Shown: piece by piece, positions 1 through 10,018 of the stretch
How the letters are laid out: the number at the start of each line of letters is the position of its first letter
Numbering within the stretch: the first letter of the stretch is position 1
Source: a virus
IMG/VR virus record: IMGVR_UViG_3300012001_000010
Location: 6,356 to 70,355 of that record
Direction: 5' to 3' (one strand)
DNA: 64,000 nucleotides
Made by a program: the position numbers and the translations under genes
The notes under the pieces: model-generated
Told to the model about the DNA's origin: nothing
The model's input: the letters and a program-made list of their open reading frames with translations, nothing else
Databases searched by the model: none

Positions 1-83
1 ATCGCGACCAGACCTCCAAGGAATTGACCGTCGATCATCGTGGCCTCCGTCCCGAGTATCGTTTCAATCCGTCCTCATATAAG

Positions 84-111
84 GATCGGACTGAAACGTC
101 TTGTTGGCGCG
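84..111 (-). promoter_or_regulatory. Putative phage promoter motif A, copy 1 (minus strand CGCGY-N16-TCCGATC)
   Basis: Plus strand GATCGGA-N12-GTTG-GCGCG; same spacing as the copies at 3925, 7198 and 10019; intergenic. Confidence 0.55.
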
Positions 112-119
112 GTTATCTT

Positions 120-872
120 TCAGAGGACGAATTCTTCCGACTCGGGTTCGTCGCTGGCGGCTTCGGGTTCCGCCTCAACATGCTTGGGTTCGGCGTTATC
201 GCTGGGACCGGGACCGCTGAGCGCCGCGAGTGCCGCCTTTGCTTCGACCATTTCCAGCTTCGTTCGTCGCTTCTTCCTCGGCTTGTCTTGGCCGTCCTGG
301 AAATCAGACATAGCCTCAACCGCATCGAGATGATCAGTCACGCTTGCGGCGATGTGGGCTTTGGTATCCGAGATTGCCGTCCGTTGACCGAGCAGGCGGG
401 CGATTTCGGGGATATCGCGCAAATCCCATCCACCGATCCCGTTGAAGAATCCTGACTTGCGAAGCTCGGCAAGCTTATCGGCGTTAGCGTCGAGGAAGGC
501 GATGTTATCCGCCGTGAGGGTCGCACCAGGGCCTAGGAGATGATCCTTCGACAGTTCCGGGTCGAGGATCGAAGACTGGACGGCGCACAAGCATCCCCAC
601 GACGCATGTTCAAGATGCGGCTCGGATCGGTCCCCCAGGATATAGGAGTAGAGATGGCCGAAGACGTGGTTAAGGATGTCATGGACCGGCATCCCCTTCA
701 TAAAATTGTAGCGGCCGTACTTCTCGGCCCCCTCTTGGGCCGTCTTCGCCACGCCGATGATCCCGACGATGGGCATCGACGTGAAATCGAGATGATTCTT
801 GTCGGACGAGCGGCGAGCGCCTGTCGAGAAGTTCGTTTCATTAGAGACGACTTCCGCACTGGAATCTGACAT
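120..872 (-). CDS. dATP/dGTP diphosphohydrolase domain protein (DUF5664-like) with acidic C-terminal extension
   Basis: FSTGARRS...GAEKYGRYNFMKGMP...HLEHASW pattern typical of this phage family. Confidence 0.75.
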   Translation of the reverse strand: MSDSSAEVVSNETNFSTGARRSSDKNHLDFTSMPIVGIIGVAKTAQEGAEKYGRYNFMKGMPVHDILNHVFGHLYSYILGDRSEPHLEHASWGCLCAVQSSILDPELSKDHLLGPGATLTADNIAFLDANADKLAELRKSGFFNGIGGWDLRDIPEIARLLGQRTAISDTKAHIAASVTDHLDAVEAMSDFQDGQDKPRKKRRTKLEMVEAKAALAALSGPGPSDNAEPKHVEAEPEAASDEPESEEFVL

Positions 873-897
873 CTGTCATACCTTGGGACGGGGAGTT

Positions 898-930
898 AAA
901 AGGCAAAGCTCATTATGACCTTTGCCTTTC
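898..930 (+). repeat. 33-bp palindromic repeat, copy 1
   Basis: AAAAGGCAAAGCTCATTATGACCTTTGCCTTTC, intergenic. Confidence 0.95.
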
Positions 931-932
931 GG

Positions 933-1739
933 TTAGCTCTCGTCGCACATTGCGACGGGATGCTTGATCGACAGGAGATGGGTTCGGATCGACTCGATCG
1001 CTCGGGCCTTAATCTGCCTGATTTCTGACTGTTCCCGGCAGGAGTCGAACGCCACCTTACTGATGTTCTGTTTCTTGTTGCCGAATAAGCCGGACAGCTT
1101 AGATATAACCATTGACTCGAACGGCGGGAGCGACTTGATCGCCTCGATGATCGCTTCGGTGATATTTTCGCTCGTCTCCTGATCTGATATGATCGAAGAC
1201 GGCTCGCTCGTCGTGACCCCGGTGAGCATTGCCTCATTCGACTGGCCTTCGCCACCCGATATCGGATGGATTCCCTCAGATGTTCGCCTGATGTCGTCGG
1301 CGGTCATCCGCCTCCGCGTGGATATTGAACCTGATTCCTCCTCTATTTTGTATTCTTTCATACGGCACGAGCTATTCCGGGGAGACTGAACGGTCCTGGC
1401 CCGGTCACGCAAGGCACAGAGAAGTCGGTCGACAAGGACGCCCGCGAATGTGATGTAGCGGCCCCTTTCTGGACTCCAGAGATGATCTTTTTCGAGCAAT
1501 GCTAAAAATAATTCCGAGAGCGTGTCTTCTGGGTCGCAATTAACCCGTTCTCGCACTTTCAGTGTGCTCTGAAAAATACGGACACGGCCGACGATGAATG
1601 GCCAGATCGACTGGATTCGTTCCTCGGGTGTCGCCGCGACGGACTCGGCGGCGTCGAGGAATTTGTGCGTCTCGCCGTAAGCGTAGAAGAGTGGGTACTT
1701 CTCGCGGATTCGTTCGCGTTGACTCATGGATTGCCTCAC
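933..1739 (-). CDS. Phage sigma-70 family sigma factor
   Basis: Region 2-like ALLEKDHLWSPERGRYITFA and region 4-like LPPFESMVISKLSGL...IRQIKARAIESIR. Confidence 0.7.
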   Translation of the reverse strand: MRQSMSQRERIREKYPLFYAYGETHKFLDAAESVAATPEERIQSIWPFIVGRVRIFQSTLKVRERVNCDPEDTLSELFLALLEKDHLWSPERGRYITFAGVLVDRLLCALRDRARTVQSPRNSSCRMKEYKIEEESGSISTRRRMTADDIRRTSEGIHPISGGEGQSNEAMLTGVTTSEPSSIISDQETSENITEAIIEAIKSLPPFESMVISKLSGLFGNKKQNISKVAFDSCREQSEIRQIKARAIESIRTHLLSIKHPVAMCDES

Positions 1740-2272
1740 TCGACCGGATCGCCGTGGCCGGGGAAGTCTTCGGGTTCTATCGCGTAGACCGACACGATAA
1801 CCCCATCCACCGGGCCGAAAACGGTGATCGCCGAGATAACGCGGGTCTGTACGTCATCGGTAAGGATCGTGCCTTGGATCGCGTCCTCCGTGCCCTTGAA
1901 CATATTCGCGAGGTCGGGTTCAGGCTTACTCCGTGGTTGAGTCTTGACGAATTTACCGGCCTCGTCATTCCACTTCAGGGGGACTTCCCATAGCTGGCCG
2001 TGCCTCTTCCCTTTCGGCGTCCTGGCGTGGAATTCGATATGCAGTCGGATCGGGCCGATCGGTATGGGGATCGTCGCCATCGCCTCACGGGCGGCTTCGG
2101 CGACGAACTTCTGCCAATCTTCGAGGCTCGCCTTCCCAAGAAAGAGCTTGGACTTCTTCGACCGTTTCGTGAACCGGACTGGTTTCGCACCGCGACGATT
2201 GACCCCGATTTCGGGGACGGACCAGGGGACCACGGCGAGGCCGAAGGCTTGGAAGGTGACGAGCTTTTTCAT
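1736..2272 (-). CDS. rusA: RusA-family Holliday junction resolvase
   Basis: PDLANMFKGTEDA...DDVQ catalytic Asp/Lys motif. Confidence 0.8.
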   Translation of the reverse strand: MKKLVTFQAFGLAVVPWSVPEIGVNRRGAKPVRFTKRSKKSKLFLGKASLEDWQKFVAEAAREAMATIPIPIGPIRLHIEFHARTPKGKRHGQLWEVPLKWNDEAGKFVKTQPRSKPEPDLANMFKGTEDAIQGTILTDDVQTRVISAITVFGPVDGVIVSVYAIEPEDFPGHGDPVE

Positions 2273-2274
2273 GG

Positions 2275-2742
2275 TTACTTCTTACCGACCCAATCGAAGA
2301 GGTAGTCGAGCTTCCCGGATGACGACTCGATATTCACGTCGGTGTCGAAGTGAAGCGTACCCTCGATCACGGTGTCCTCGTGGGGGAATCCTTGCACATA
2401 GGCGATGATCCCCTTGCACGGGAACATGAGGAGTAGTTCCCGGTTAAAGGTCGCGAACGCAACCTCGACGGTGCCATCGTCATTGAGGGTGAGATCGGGA
2501 TAAGTTATCCGTTCCGGGAGGAATCCCGTCTTCGTGTAAGTGTCGAAGAGTTCCGGCACGAATTCGGCGACATCGGGACGGATCGGGAGGTTCGACGTGC
2601 CCTTGTCTCCGTACTCCTGGAGCCTGAAGTGCTCGATCGACGACCTGATGTGATTTAGCGTCACGTTTTCCAAGTTATTTCCCGTCCCCGGTTCGGATGC
2701 CGCCGCCGACACCGGGCTGATAGCCCAATGGGAACCTGGCAT
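2275..2742 (-). CDS. Hypothetical protein (true start probably near 2664)
   Basis: ORF in operon between the MazG-like gene and rusA. Confidence 0.5.
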   Translation of the reverse strand: MPGSHWAISPVSAAASEPGTGNNLENVTLNHIRSSIEHFRLQEYGDKGTSNLPIRPDVAEFVPELFDTYTKTGFLPERITYPDLTLNDDGTVEVAFATFNRELLLMFPCKGIIAYVQGFPHEDTVIEGTLHFDTDVNIESSSGKLDYLFDWVGKK

Positions 2743-3610
2743 CTAATTTCTTCATGTTGGACTTGATCGCGTCCTCGATCGACGAGTTGGCGAGCACAAG
2801 GATGACGTTGGTCGCGAAGATCGCCTGCATGATCCGGTTGACCTGTTTATCCGTGTCCTGTTCACGACGCTGGAATTTGAGCTTCTTGAAGGCGTTAGCC
2901 GTCAGACCAGCGTTCGTCTGGATCGTGAGGAGTTGATGAAGGGTCGACTGGACGAGTGCGGCGACGAACGTGGGGTTCTGTAGCGCCTTGTACATCGGGA
3001 TACTGGCGACGACCCGCGCGAAGGTCGCGAGGTCTGTGTCCTCTTCGACACGCACGAATTCGAGGTCGTCGCACTCTTCGAGAGGGTTTACGCCCCAGGC
3101 GTCGAGCGCCCACGACGCACAGAAGAGGATGTCACCGCACTCGTCGATCAGCTTGACGCGATGGTCGCCGAAGAACGTCGCGGGGCCGAATTCGGCAAAT
3201 AGCTCGCCAAGCTCAGCGGTTTCCCCGACCAGTTCGTGCGTGGCCTGGTCGATCTCCTCGATCCATTCCTGCTTAGGCCAAACCTTACGAAAGGCGTCCT
3301 CAAGTTCAGGCTGAACCGGAGACGGGAGTACATCCCGGTTAAGATTGCGCGGCATACACTTCGTCCTGCGCCACGCCGCGTATTCGGGCCATTCGAGCGA
3401 GGTCAGCGTCTCGCCGGTCGCGTCAATGATCTGCTCGTTGACGCTAAGGATGACGCCGGTCCTGTTGCTGAAGGTGCCAAGAGTCCGGTTCGCAGCGGCG
3501 TCGATCTCGGATTGCAGGATGACCGGCTTGCGCGGCTCTGACGGGGCGATCCCAATGTTGAACGGGATGATTCCGCGATCATCGACAGTTGTCAGTTCGT
3601 AAGCACTCAT
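2675..3610 (-). CDS. MazG-like nucleotide pyrophosphohydrolase
   Basis: LVGETAELGE...LIDECGDILF motif and N-x-x-K-L-x-x-R-F-P C-terminus. Confidence 0.7.
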   Translation of the reverse strand: MSAYELTTVDDRGIIPFNIGIAPSEPRKPVILQSEIDAAANRTLGTFSNRTGVILSVNEQIIDATGETLTSLEWPEYAAWRRTKCMPRNLNRDVLPSPVQPELEDAFRKVWPKQEWIEEIDQATHELVGETAELGELFAEFGPATFFGDHRVKLIDECGDILFCASWALDAWGVNPLEECDDLEFVRVEEDTDLATFARVVASIPMYKALQNPTFVAALVQSTLHQLLTIQTNAGLTANAFKKLKFQRREQDTDKQVNRIMQAIFATNVILVLANSSIEDAIKSNMKKLDARFPLGYQPGVGGGIRTGDGK

Positions 3611-3870
3611 AGCGTTTCCTTGATCTTGAGGTAATATTTCGTGACCTTCTTTCCGCCCGTGCCGCGTACTTTTTGGTTGCTGACCTGATTTCTCAGGCCG
3701 CAGAGAACGTCATTGATTCGACAGAGGTTCCACGGACGCGGGAGCGCGTCGAGTTCGTTCAGCTTGGCCAGAATCTCGTCCATCGACAGACCTTCGTGGT
3801 CGGTCTGTGCGAGGATCATTAGGATCGTCTCACAGTCGTCGGCGTGGGTCGGGAGCGTCTTTCCAGCCAT
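3607..3870 (-). CDS. Small hypothetical protein, possible winged-helix DNA binder
   Basis: 87 aa, coupled to next gene, GLSMDEIL helix and terminal beta-hairpin-like KVTKYYL. Confidence 0.45.
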   Translation of the reverse strand: MAGKTLPTHADDCETILMILAQTDHEGLSMDEILAKLNELDALPRPWNLCRINDVLCGLRNQVSNQKVRGTGGKKVTKYYLKIKETL

Positions 3871-3924
3871 GATCTCTTGGTCTCATTGTGGTTTGAATAC
3901 GTTTTCATTCTTCCCGTAATATAG

Positions 3925-3952
3925 GATCGGATCGAGTACGGCGGTTGACGCG
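3925..3952 (-). promoter_or_regulatory. Putative phage promoter motif A, copy 2
   Basis: GATCGGA-N12-GTTG-ACGCG in intergenic gap. Confidence 0.55.
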
Positions 3953-3953
3953 G

Positions 3954-4217
3954 TTATGTTCCAAGAATTCCGCTTTTCCTGTTTTCCAAGTAAACCGAGA
4001 TCATCTGTGGGATACCAACGAACTCGGAACCTTTGAATAGACTGACCGCGAGGCCGAGACTCACGAACTTACTCAACCAGTCTTCGACACGAACCCTATC
4101 TTCTCCCCAGATCGCCGCGAGTTCTTCCGCCGTGGTCGGTACTTGATTGGCGAGAGTCCTCAGTAGGAGAACGTCGATCGTCGCGGGAGGGTCGGGGTGG
4201 CTAGGTCGGTGTGCCAT
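3954..4217 (-). CDS. Small winged-helix-like protein
   Basis: TAEELAAIWGEDRVRVEDWLSKFVSLGL HTH-like segment; GGAGA RBS. Confidence 0.5.
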   Translation of the reverse strand: MAHRPSHPDPPATIDVLLLRTLANQVPTTAEELAAIWGEDRVRVEDWLSKFVSLGLAVSLFKGSEFVGIPQMISVYLENRKSGILGT

Positions 4218-4309
4218 TAGTGTCTCCAGAAAAAAGAAAAGACTCGTTCATTGCCACATGGAGTATTAGCAACAAACGAGTCCGCGTAAGTCTAATCGGC
4301 AGGATTTTC

Positions 4310-5944
4310 TTAGGTGAATAGCTGTCGCTGCTTAGGGACCGCAGTCCGTTGCAGGTCGATGATCGCGGCTGTCGCGGACTCGACCGACATCGAGCGGGCG
4401 ATGTCAGTGTTAACGCCGCACATGAGCATCGCCTTGACCTGATTCATCGAAGCTAAGCCTTCTTTTTTGCGCTTCATGAGCTTGTCGATCATCTTCGACG
4501 CTCCCCATTTTGACAGGCCCTCTGGCGTGTCGATCCCAAGCGACCGAAGCATTCCAGTCTGCTTATCGCTCGCCGGATTCGTCCCCCTCTTGTCGAGGTC
4601 GTACTTCCTGTTGAGGTTGATATCAAGGAGCTTCGAGACGCCGATCGGGTCGTACTCCAGCGCCGCATAAGTCTCCTCGCGGCCGGTGAGCGTGACCATG
4701 AATTTCGTGCGAGTCCTAATGATCCGCTCAGCCTCCTCGATCATCTCCAGCGGGTCGACATCGACCGCGCACTTCGAGGCGAGTTCCCGCGCGACCGCGA
4801 AGACTTCCTCGTCGATCGAGCCGTCGTCGAATAGCTCGACCGTAGTACATAGGTCTTTGTTCTCCTTGTCGGTCTGCCAATCGAAGTCGATGACCAGGCA
4901 TTCCGTCTTGCCGGTCGACGGGCATGGCCGCGTGCCGCGACCGACCATCTGCGTGTAGCGATATTGCTGTTTCGTCGGCCTAAGTATCCCGACCGCCTCG
5001 ATTTTCGGGCAGTCCCAGCCTTCGACGAGAAGTTCACAGCACACAATGATTTGATATTCGTTCGCGTTAAATGCGTCGAGGTTAGCCTTTCGTTCGGCCT
5101 TGGTCATGCCGAAGGCCCCGCCAGTCCCGGCGACATATCGAGTTGGTGTCCCAAGGTCGGTGCAGACCTGTGCGAAGGCCATCGCCGACCCAACATCAGG
5201 TGTGAAGACGACGGCGGGCTTCTCGCCCACTTCCTTAATGAACCCACGCGCGAGGGCTTCGATCCGGGGGCCGATACGCTCCTCAAGTTCGCCGTTAGAT
5301 AGGTCGCCGCCGAACATCTTGATCCCGCGTAAATCGACGGAGACACGGCATTCTCGCGTCTTTATCGGCACGAGCCACCGAGACTGGATCGCCCTACGTA
5401 AGCCGTACTGATACGCTTTCGTCTTGAATCGGGCACCGAGGTTGCGTTCGTCGCCGCGTTTCGGCGTGGCGGTGATCCCGATCAGCCAGTAGTCGCGGAA
5501 CCAATTCAGAGTCTTCGTGTAGGAGTTAGCCAAAGCCCTATGGCACTCGTCGATGATAATGAGTCCGAAGGAATCAGGTGCCCACCTCATGAGCCTGTCG
5601 TCCTGTAAGGTCTGAATCGACCCGACGACGACATCGGGATGGCCGAGCGCGGCGACGTGGCTCCGTGCGTCTCGGGAACCCATCTCGACCGCGCACGAGA
5701 AGCCGAACGCCGTCATCGTGCTCGCGGCCTGATCTATTAACTGCTCTCTATGAGCCACAAATAGGGTCGGCTTGTCGTGTTTATCTTTTGCGTATTCAAC
5801 GCACATCCCGGCAAGTACGGTCTTGCCCGACCCCGTAGGCATCACGACAAGCGTTGATTCGGTTTTACCGCTCTCGAATTCGCGGAATGCCGCGTCTCGG
5901 GCCTCAATTTGGTAGTCACGATACACGATTCCGTGGTCGTTCAT
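4310..5944 (-). CDS. SF2 DEAD/DEAH-box helicase
   Basis: MPTGSGKT, DECH, TAT, EGWD, QMVGRGTR motifs. Confidence 0.93.
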   Translation of the reverse strand: MNDHGIVYRDYQIEARDAAFREFESGKTESTLVVMPTGSGKTVLAGMCVEYAKDKHDKPTLFVAHREQLIDQAASTMTAFGFSCAVEMGSRDARSHVAALGHPDVVVGSIQTLQDDRLMRWAPDSFGLIIIDECHRALANSYTKTLNWFRDYWLIGITATPKRGDERNLGARFKTKAYQYGLRRAIQSRWLVPIKTRECRVSVDLRGIKMFGGDLSNGELEERIGPRIEALARGFIKEVGEKPAVVFTPDVGSAMAFAQVCTDLGTPTRYVAGTGGAFGMTKAERKANLDAFNANEYQIIVCCELLVEGWDCPKIEAVGILRPTKQQYRYTQMVGRGTRPCPSTGKTECLVIDFDWQTDKENKDLCTTVELFDDGSIDEEVFAVARELASKCAVDVDPLEMIEEAERIIRTRTKFMVTLTGREETYAALEYDPIGVSKLLDINLNRKYDLDKRGTNPASDKQTGMLRSLGIDTPEGLSKWGASKMIDKLMKRKKEGLASMNQVKAMLMCGVNTDIARSMSVESATAAIIDLQRTAVPKQRQLFT

Positions 5945-5991
5945 TTATCGCCCTCGTCTTAAACCGGGGCATCCTTGCCCCGTGGTGCCGA

Positions 5992-7152
5992 TCAAAGGTA
6001 GACTTCGAGCTTGATCTGATAGCACGCGCCGTTACATTTTGTGCATTTGACGCCGAGCGAGTGGCCGCCGGTCCCCTTGCAGTCGCCGCAGATAAGCCAA
6101 TCCTTCGGGTGGCTTGATGAGATGATCCGGGTGGCGAGCCAGTAGAACGGGCCGAGGATTCCGCCCTTCTTCGCGGCGGCTACATAGTTCTTAACCTTGG
6201 TGCGGAAGACGTGACGCGGCTCCACGATCGAGCGGAAGAGGATCGCGTCGGCCTTGAATTTGGCGTCGTCGCCGAGCATCGCGGCCTTCTCTCCGCAGTA
6301 AGTCGCATACCATTCGTCGTCAGTGAGGTCGACCTGCTTGACCGCCTTCGCGGCGGCTTTCCCTTCGGCGTCATCCTTCGCCTTACTCTCGGCCTCGCTC
6401 GCCTTCGGGGCCTGATCCTTCAAGATTTCCTTGATCGCGTTTTCAGCCTCCATCCCGGCCGCGACAAGGCTGACAACCTGGCCGCGTAGCTGTTCGTCCT
6501 TGATCTTGGCGATCGCAGTCATATCCTTCGACGACACGCTCATCTGCTCAAAGACTTCAAGCTGCTCGTCATTGAACGCCTTGGCGACACGGATGTCCCG
6601 CTTCGCGGCCGAGTCAGACTTACCCGTTGCCCCGGCGACCATCTCGGCGAAACCGGAGACCGCTGATTCCGTGTCAGCGTTGGTATTCGTAGTCTCTCCG
6701 TTTTCGAGCTTAGTCTTACGCTCATCGCTAGCCTTCTTCGTCGCGGCACCGCCCGCGAGTCCCTTGCCGACCATATCGGGATGTTTGGCTACGTAATGCT
6801 CGTGCCATTTCTTGATGGCTTTGAAGTGCTGATTCTTTGTGAGCGGGTTCCGCCAGAGGTTCTCGGCGATCATCGCCATTTCGGCGTCCTGGTCGTCCAT
6901 CTCGGCCATAATGTTGCACGCGATGAACTGTTCCTTGAGGACTTTCGAGACCGCATAGTGCCGGTGTCTTCCTTGGACGAGTAGATAGCGACCAGGTTCG
7001 GTCGGGTGAGGCCGGATCACGATCGCGTTATAGAGTCCTTCGACCTTGATCGAGGACGCTAGCGTTTGCGCGAACTCCTTATTGAACGAGCGATACTCCG
7101 CGTCGTTCTTCGGGATGTCGATCAGTTTGCATTCGATCAACTTGACTTCCAT
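5992..7152 (-). CDS. ParB-like N-terminal domain protein with HTH and C-terminal CxxCxGxG zinc finger
   Basis: LASSIKVEGLYNAIVIR...LVQGRHRH...AENLWRNPLT; CGDCKGTG...CTKCNG. Confidence 0.8.
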   Translation of the reverse strand: MEVKLIECKLIDIPKNDAEYRSFNKEFAQTLASSIKVEGLYNAIVIRPHPTEPGRYLLVQGRHRHYAVSKVLKEQFIACNIMAEMDDQDAEMAMIAENLWRNPLTKNQHFKAIKKWHEHYVAKHPDMVGKGLAGGAATKKASDERKTKLENGETTNTNADTESAVSGFAEMVAGATGKSDSAAKRDIRVAKAFNDEQLEVFEQMSVSSKDMTAIAKIKDEQLRGQVVSLVAAGMEAENAIKEILKDQAPKASEAESKAKDDAEGKAAAKAVKQVDLTDDEWYATYCGEKAAMLGDDAKFKADAILFRSIVEPRHVFRTKVKNYVAAAKKGGILGPFYWLATRIISSSHPKDWLICGDCKGTGGHSLGVKCTKCNGACYQIKLEVYL

Positions 7153-7197
7153 CGGGCACTCTCGTTTCGGGTTCGTGGTGGACGCGACAAGATTGAA

Positions 7198-7225
7198 GAT
7201 CGGATTAAAACCGACGTTCGGCGCG
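7198..7225 (-). promoter_or_regulatory. Putative phage promoter motif A, copy 3
   Basis: GATCGGA-N12-TTCG-GCGCG upstream of the ParB-like gene. Confidence 0.55.
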
Positions 7226-7230
7226 TTTAT

Positions 7231-8241
7231 TTAGTAAGAATGAGGATATGATGCGTCTTTGCATCGTTTCCCGAGGTAGCGTTCGCCGAGATCATCCCGG
7301 CAATCCTGCCACTTCGCGTAACGCCCCAATAGGACGCTTAGGTCGAAAAACGAGATTGTCGTCATATCTTTCCGATCCTGCATCGTTCCGTCCTTCCAGT
7401 GGAAGGAGCCGGACGGGCGACTCGATCGGGGGTCTTCTCGGCCGGGGACGAAACAGCTTACCCATCCGTTCGCGTTCGGAGAGCCGAATGGCGTCTTGAG
7501 GCCCCATTCGCCCACGGCGATTCGGAACTTGTCGTCGCCGATCGCGTTTAAGACTTCCTCCCTCCTGTAGTAATTGCCGGATTGACCGAGGAAAGGCTTC
7601 GGTTCGGGAATCTTCAGCGGCTCCCAGAGCTTAGGTGCCGAGAGCCTAGGCATCGCGAGAAGCCAGTCGGGGGCCTCGGCGGGGAGGGGCACCGCTCTGG
7701 GATTGGAGTTTGGATCGAATTCGTACCGTTCCCCGGTCTCGACATGGATCGACGGCGCGGAGATAACAAGTGCGTTGTCGGCCAAAAGCCTGATCTCTTT
7801 GTGAGTTTCCCATTTCCCCTTTCCGTCGTCTCCCCATGTATTCCAAATGCCCCAAATCATTCCCGAAGGGCATTGAATAACAGTAGAGTCCAACGAAAAA
7901 TAGAAGTGATAACCCCCGCTCCCGGTGCGACTCACCCATATCCGATCTGGGACGTATGAGTTCTTCTTGCACATTTCCAGCCATACGGGTAATGCCTCCG
8001 GGCCGTCGCAATCTACGACGACTATTTTGGTTGGAGTTGGTGATTTCGTTCCGGTGATGATTTGAATGTTGGTCGTCGCCCATTCTTCGTAAACGCTTTC
8101 CGGTACAGGTTTAGGCCCGTAGTGCTCGGCAAAGGTTTTCATCATTGGTCTTTTTTGGTCCATCCTGGACGGAAGAGGGCATAAGCCGATCTTCCTGTAA
8201 TACTGAGCACACTTTCTTGCGCGGTCGAAATCTGTGTTCAT
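7231..8241 (-). CDS. Bifunctional DNA primase/polymerase (Prim-Pol) domain protein
   Basis: VVVDCDG, SRTGSGGYHFYF, VISAPSIH, APDWL motifs. Confidence 0.85.
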   Translation of the reverse strand: MNTDFDRARKCAQYYRKIGLCPLPSRMDQKRPMMKTFAEHYGPKPVPESVYEEWATTNIQIITGTKSPTPTKIVVVDCDGPEALPVWLEMCKKNSYVPDRIWVSRTGSGGYHFYFSLDSTVIQCPSGMIWGIWNTWGDDGKGKWETHKEIRLLADNALVISAPSIHVETGERYEFDPNSNPRAVPLPAEAPDWLLAMPRLSAPKLWEPLKIPEPKPFLGQSGNYYRREEVLNAIGDDKFRIAVGEWGLKTPFGSPNANGWVSCFVPGREDPRSSRPSGSFHWKDGTMQDRKDMTTISFFDLSVLLGRYAKWQDCRDDLGERYLGKRCKDASYPHSY

Positions 8242-8678
8242 GGCTCTAAATTCAACTCTCTAAGCTGCTTAAGGAACCATTTGATTCCAACTCGACCTCC
8301 GCGAGCTATTCCTATTCCTGTTGTTCCGTGCATTTTTCTGTCCTCATGGTTAAGTTTGCTTGTCTTACAGCTAAGATTGCTTGGAATATTATTGGTTTGA
8401 TTACCATCGTTATGGCATGTGTCAAGTCCAAGCCGTCGCGGTCCATGAAATGCTTCGTAAACTACTTGGTGAATCCTCTTTGATACGCTTTTCCCTTCTC
8501 TTTGCATTCCGACAATAAGATAGCCGTTCGTATCCGGTGATGGTTTTAATGTTCGCCATTCGTTTGAAAGGCCCCATCTTTTCCCAAATCCAGCCTGTTT
8601 TAGACAACTTTGGACTTCCCCGTCTGATGTGGCTCGATATCCAGGCCACCCAGGTATGTCTCGGTATTCTATTTCCAT
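8238..8678 (-). CDS. NUMOD4-motif HNH homing endonuclease
   Basis: YRDIPGWPGYRATSDGEV N-terminus; IHQVVYEAF...CHNDGNQTNN...NL HNH; AT-richer than flanks. Confidence 0.88.
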   Translation of the reverse strand: MEIEYRDIPGWPGYRATSDGEVQSCLKQAGFGKRWGLSNEWRTLKPSPDTNGYLIVGMQREGKSVSKRIHQVVYEAFHGPRRLGLDTCHNDGNQTNNIPSNLSCKTSKLNHEDRKMHGTTGIGIARGGRVGIKWFLKQLRELNLEP

Positions 8679-8784
8679 AACGGCTTCTCCACGGCCACCG
8701 GGACCGCACTAAACAGGGACTCGACCGCATCTAAAAAGGGGTCGACAGGCGGCAAAGCGTTAGCCGCCGCCTGGCCCCATAGGG

Positions 8785-9978
8785 TCAGAAAGGGCAGTCT
8801 TCTTCCTCTTCCGGCGTGAGGGCTGGCGTGATGAGCTTGCCGCTGACATAAGCCAACATCGCGACGATCCAATCCTTGTCGATGCACTTCGCGAGCGACT
8901 CGCAGACTTCTCCCGAGTGGCCCGATGCGTTGACCGTCGAAGACGAGATCGTCACGAGTGCCGACTTAAGCTCGGCCGGGGTCGCGTCGGCTCCGGTGTG
9001 CTTATAGATGAGAGCCTTGATCTTCTCGGCGAGTTCCTTGCGGAGATCGGTGAGGTTGATGCCAGCCGGTTCGGCGGGACGCTTGGGGTCGGGTGCCTGG
9101 ACGGGGAGGCCATTCGGGAACAAGTGCTCGAATTGGCCCTTATACGTCGGCAAGTCGCGAATATAGGTGATCGTGCCCATCGCGATCTCTTGGACCTGAT
9201 CCTGGGTCCATTCGGCGAACTTATTCCCCCATCCGCGATTCTCGCCCTCGCGACCCATCCCGGAGACTAGTGTCGTCTCGAAGGTTTTTTCCATTTCTTT
9301 GGACCAGGCGAACACGCTCTTTCCGGCCTTGGGAATCTTGAAGTTGTCGTAGACCGGAGCGGCAGGTGCTGGTGCCGGTGTCAGTTTCGGTGCCGGGGTC
9401 GGGGCCGGTGCGGCGGGCGCGTCGGACACGGAATGGTCCGCAGGGGCGGCGGTCGGAGCCGACTTGACGGGCTTGGCTGACGGCTCGGGGGAGGAAGCGT
9501 TGGGGTCGAGGAAGGTCGGGATACCCTTGCCGTAGAGGTAACGGCCGATCCCCCATGCGTCCTGAGCGGCACGCCTCAACGCATTCGTATAACCTGATTT
9601 TTCATCATTATCCACGTCATACTCGAACTCGCCAGTCGTCTTATTTGTCGAACCCATCTCCTCGAAACCGGCACCATCTTCCTTGGCCATCCAAACCCAG
9701 ACGTTATCGCCATCCATCGGCACGAGGATCGAGAGCTTACACTTGTATCCCCGGTTAGTGGCCTCATACTCAGGGAACCAACCGTGCGGCCCACAGACCG
9801 AATCGAGCCGGTTCGTGATCGAACGCTTGTCGATATAAGTGAGTTCCTTGCCGCCTCGCTTCGTCGTGCTTAGTTGGTTCGGGGCGAATGGCGCTAGCAA
9901 CTCTCGCCAGAATCCTAATTGCTCGGGAGACATCTTGACGGGCATCGTTTCATCCTCGGCGGTTTTTCGGGTGGGCAC
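8785..9978 (-). CDS. Rad52/Sak-family ssDNA annealing protein
   Basis: LTYIDKRSITNRLDSVCG...EKSGYTNALRRAA...WGIGRYLY; Pro/Ala linker; acidic tail ending CPF. Confidence 0.85.
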   Translation of the reverse strand: MPTRKTAEDETMPVKMSPEQLGFWRELLAPFAPNQLSTTKRGGKELTYIDKRSITNRLDSVCGPHGWFPEYEATNRGYKCKLSILVPMDGDNVWVWMAKEDGAGFEEMGSTNKTTGEFEYDVDNDEKSGYTNALRRAAQDAWGIGRYLYGKGIPTFLDPNASSPEPSAKPVKSAPTAAPADHSVSDAPAAPAPTPAPKLTPAPAPAAPVYDNFKIPKAGKSVFAWSKEMEKTFETTLVSGMGREGENRGWGNKFAEWTQDQVQEIAMGTITYIRDLPTYKGQFEHLFPNGLPVQAPDPKRPAEPAGINLTDLRKELAEKIKALIYKHTGADATPAELKSALVTISSSTVNASGHSGEVCESLAKCIDKDWIVAMLAYVSGKLITPALTPEEEEDCPF

Positions 9979-10018
9979 GCTGAAAGTTACCCAACCTGAA
10001 TCACTCGGCCACGATGAA

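Noticed and set aside
120-872. 2-aminoadenine (Z-genome) pathway
   Set aside because: No PurZ, DatZ-like HD phosphatase or DNA polymerase recognisable in the window
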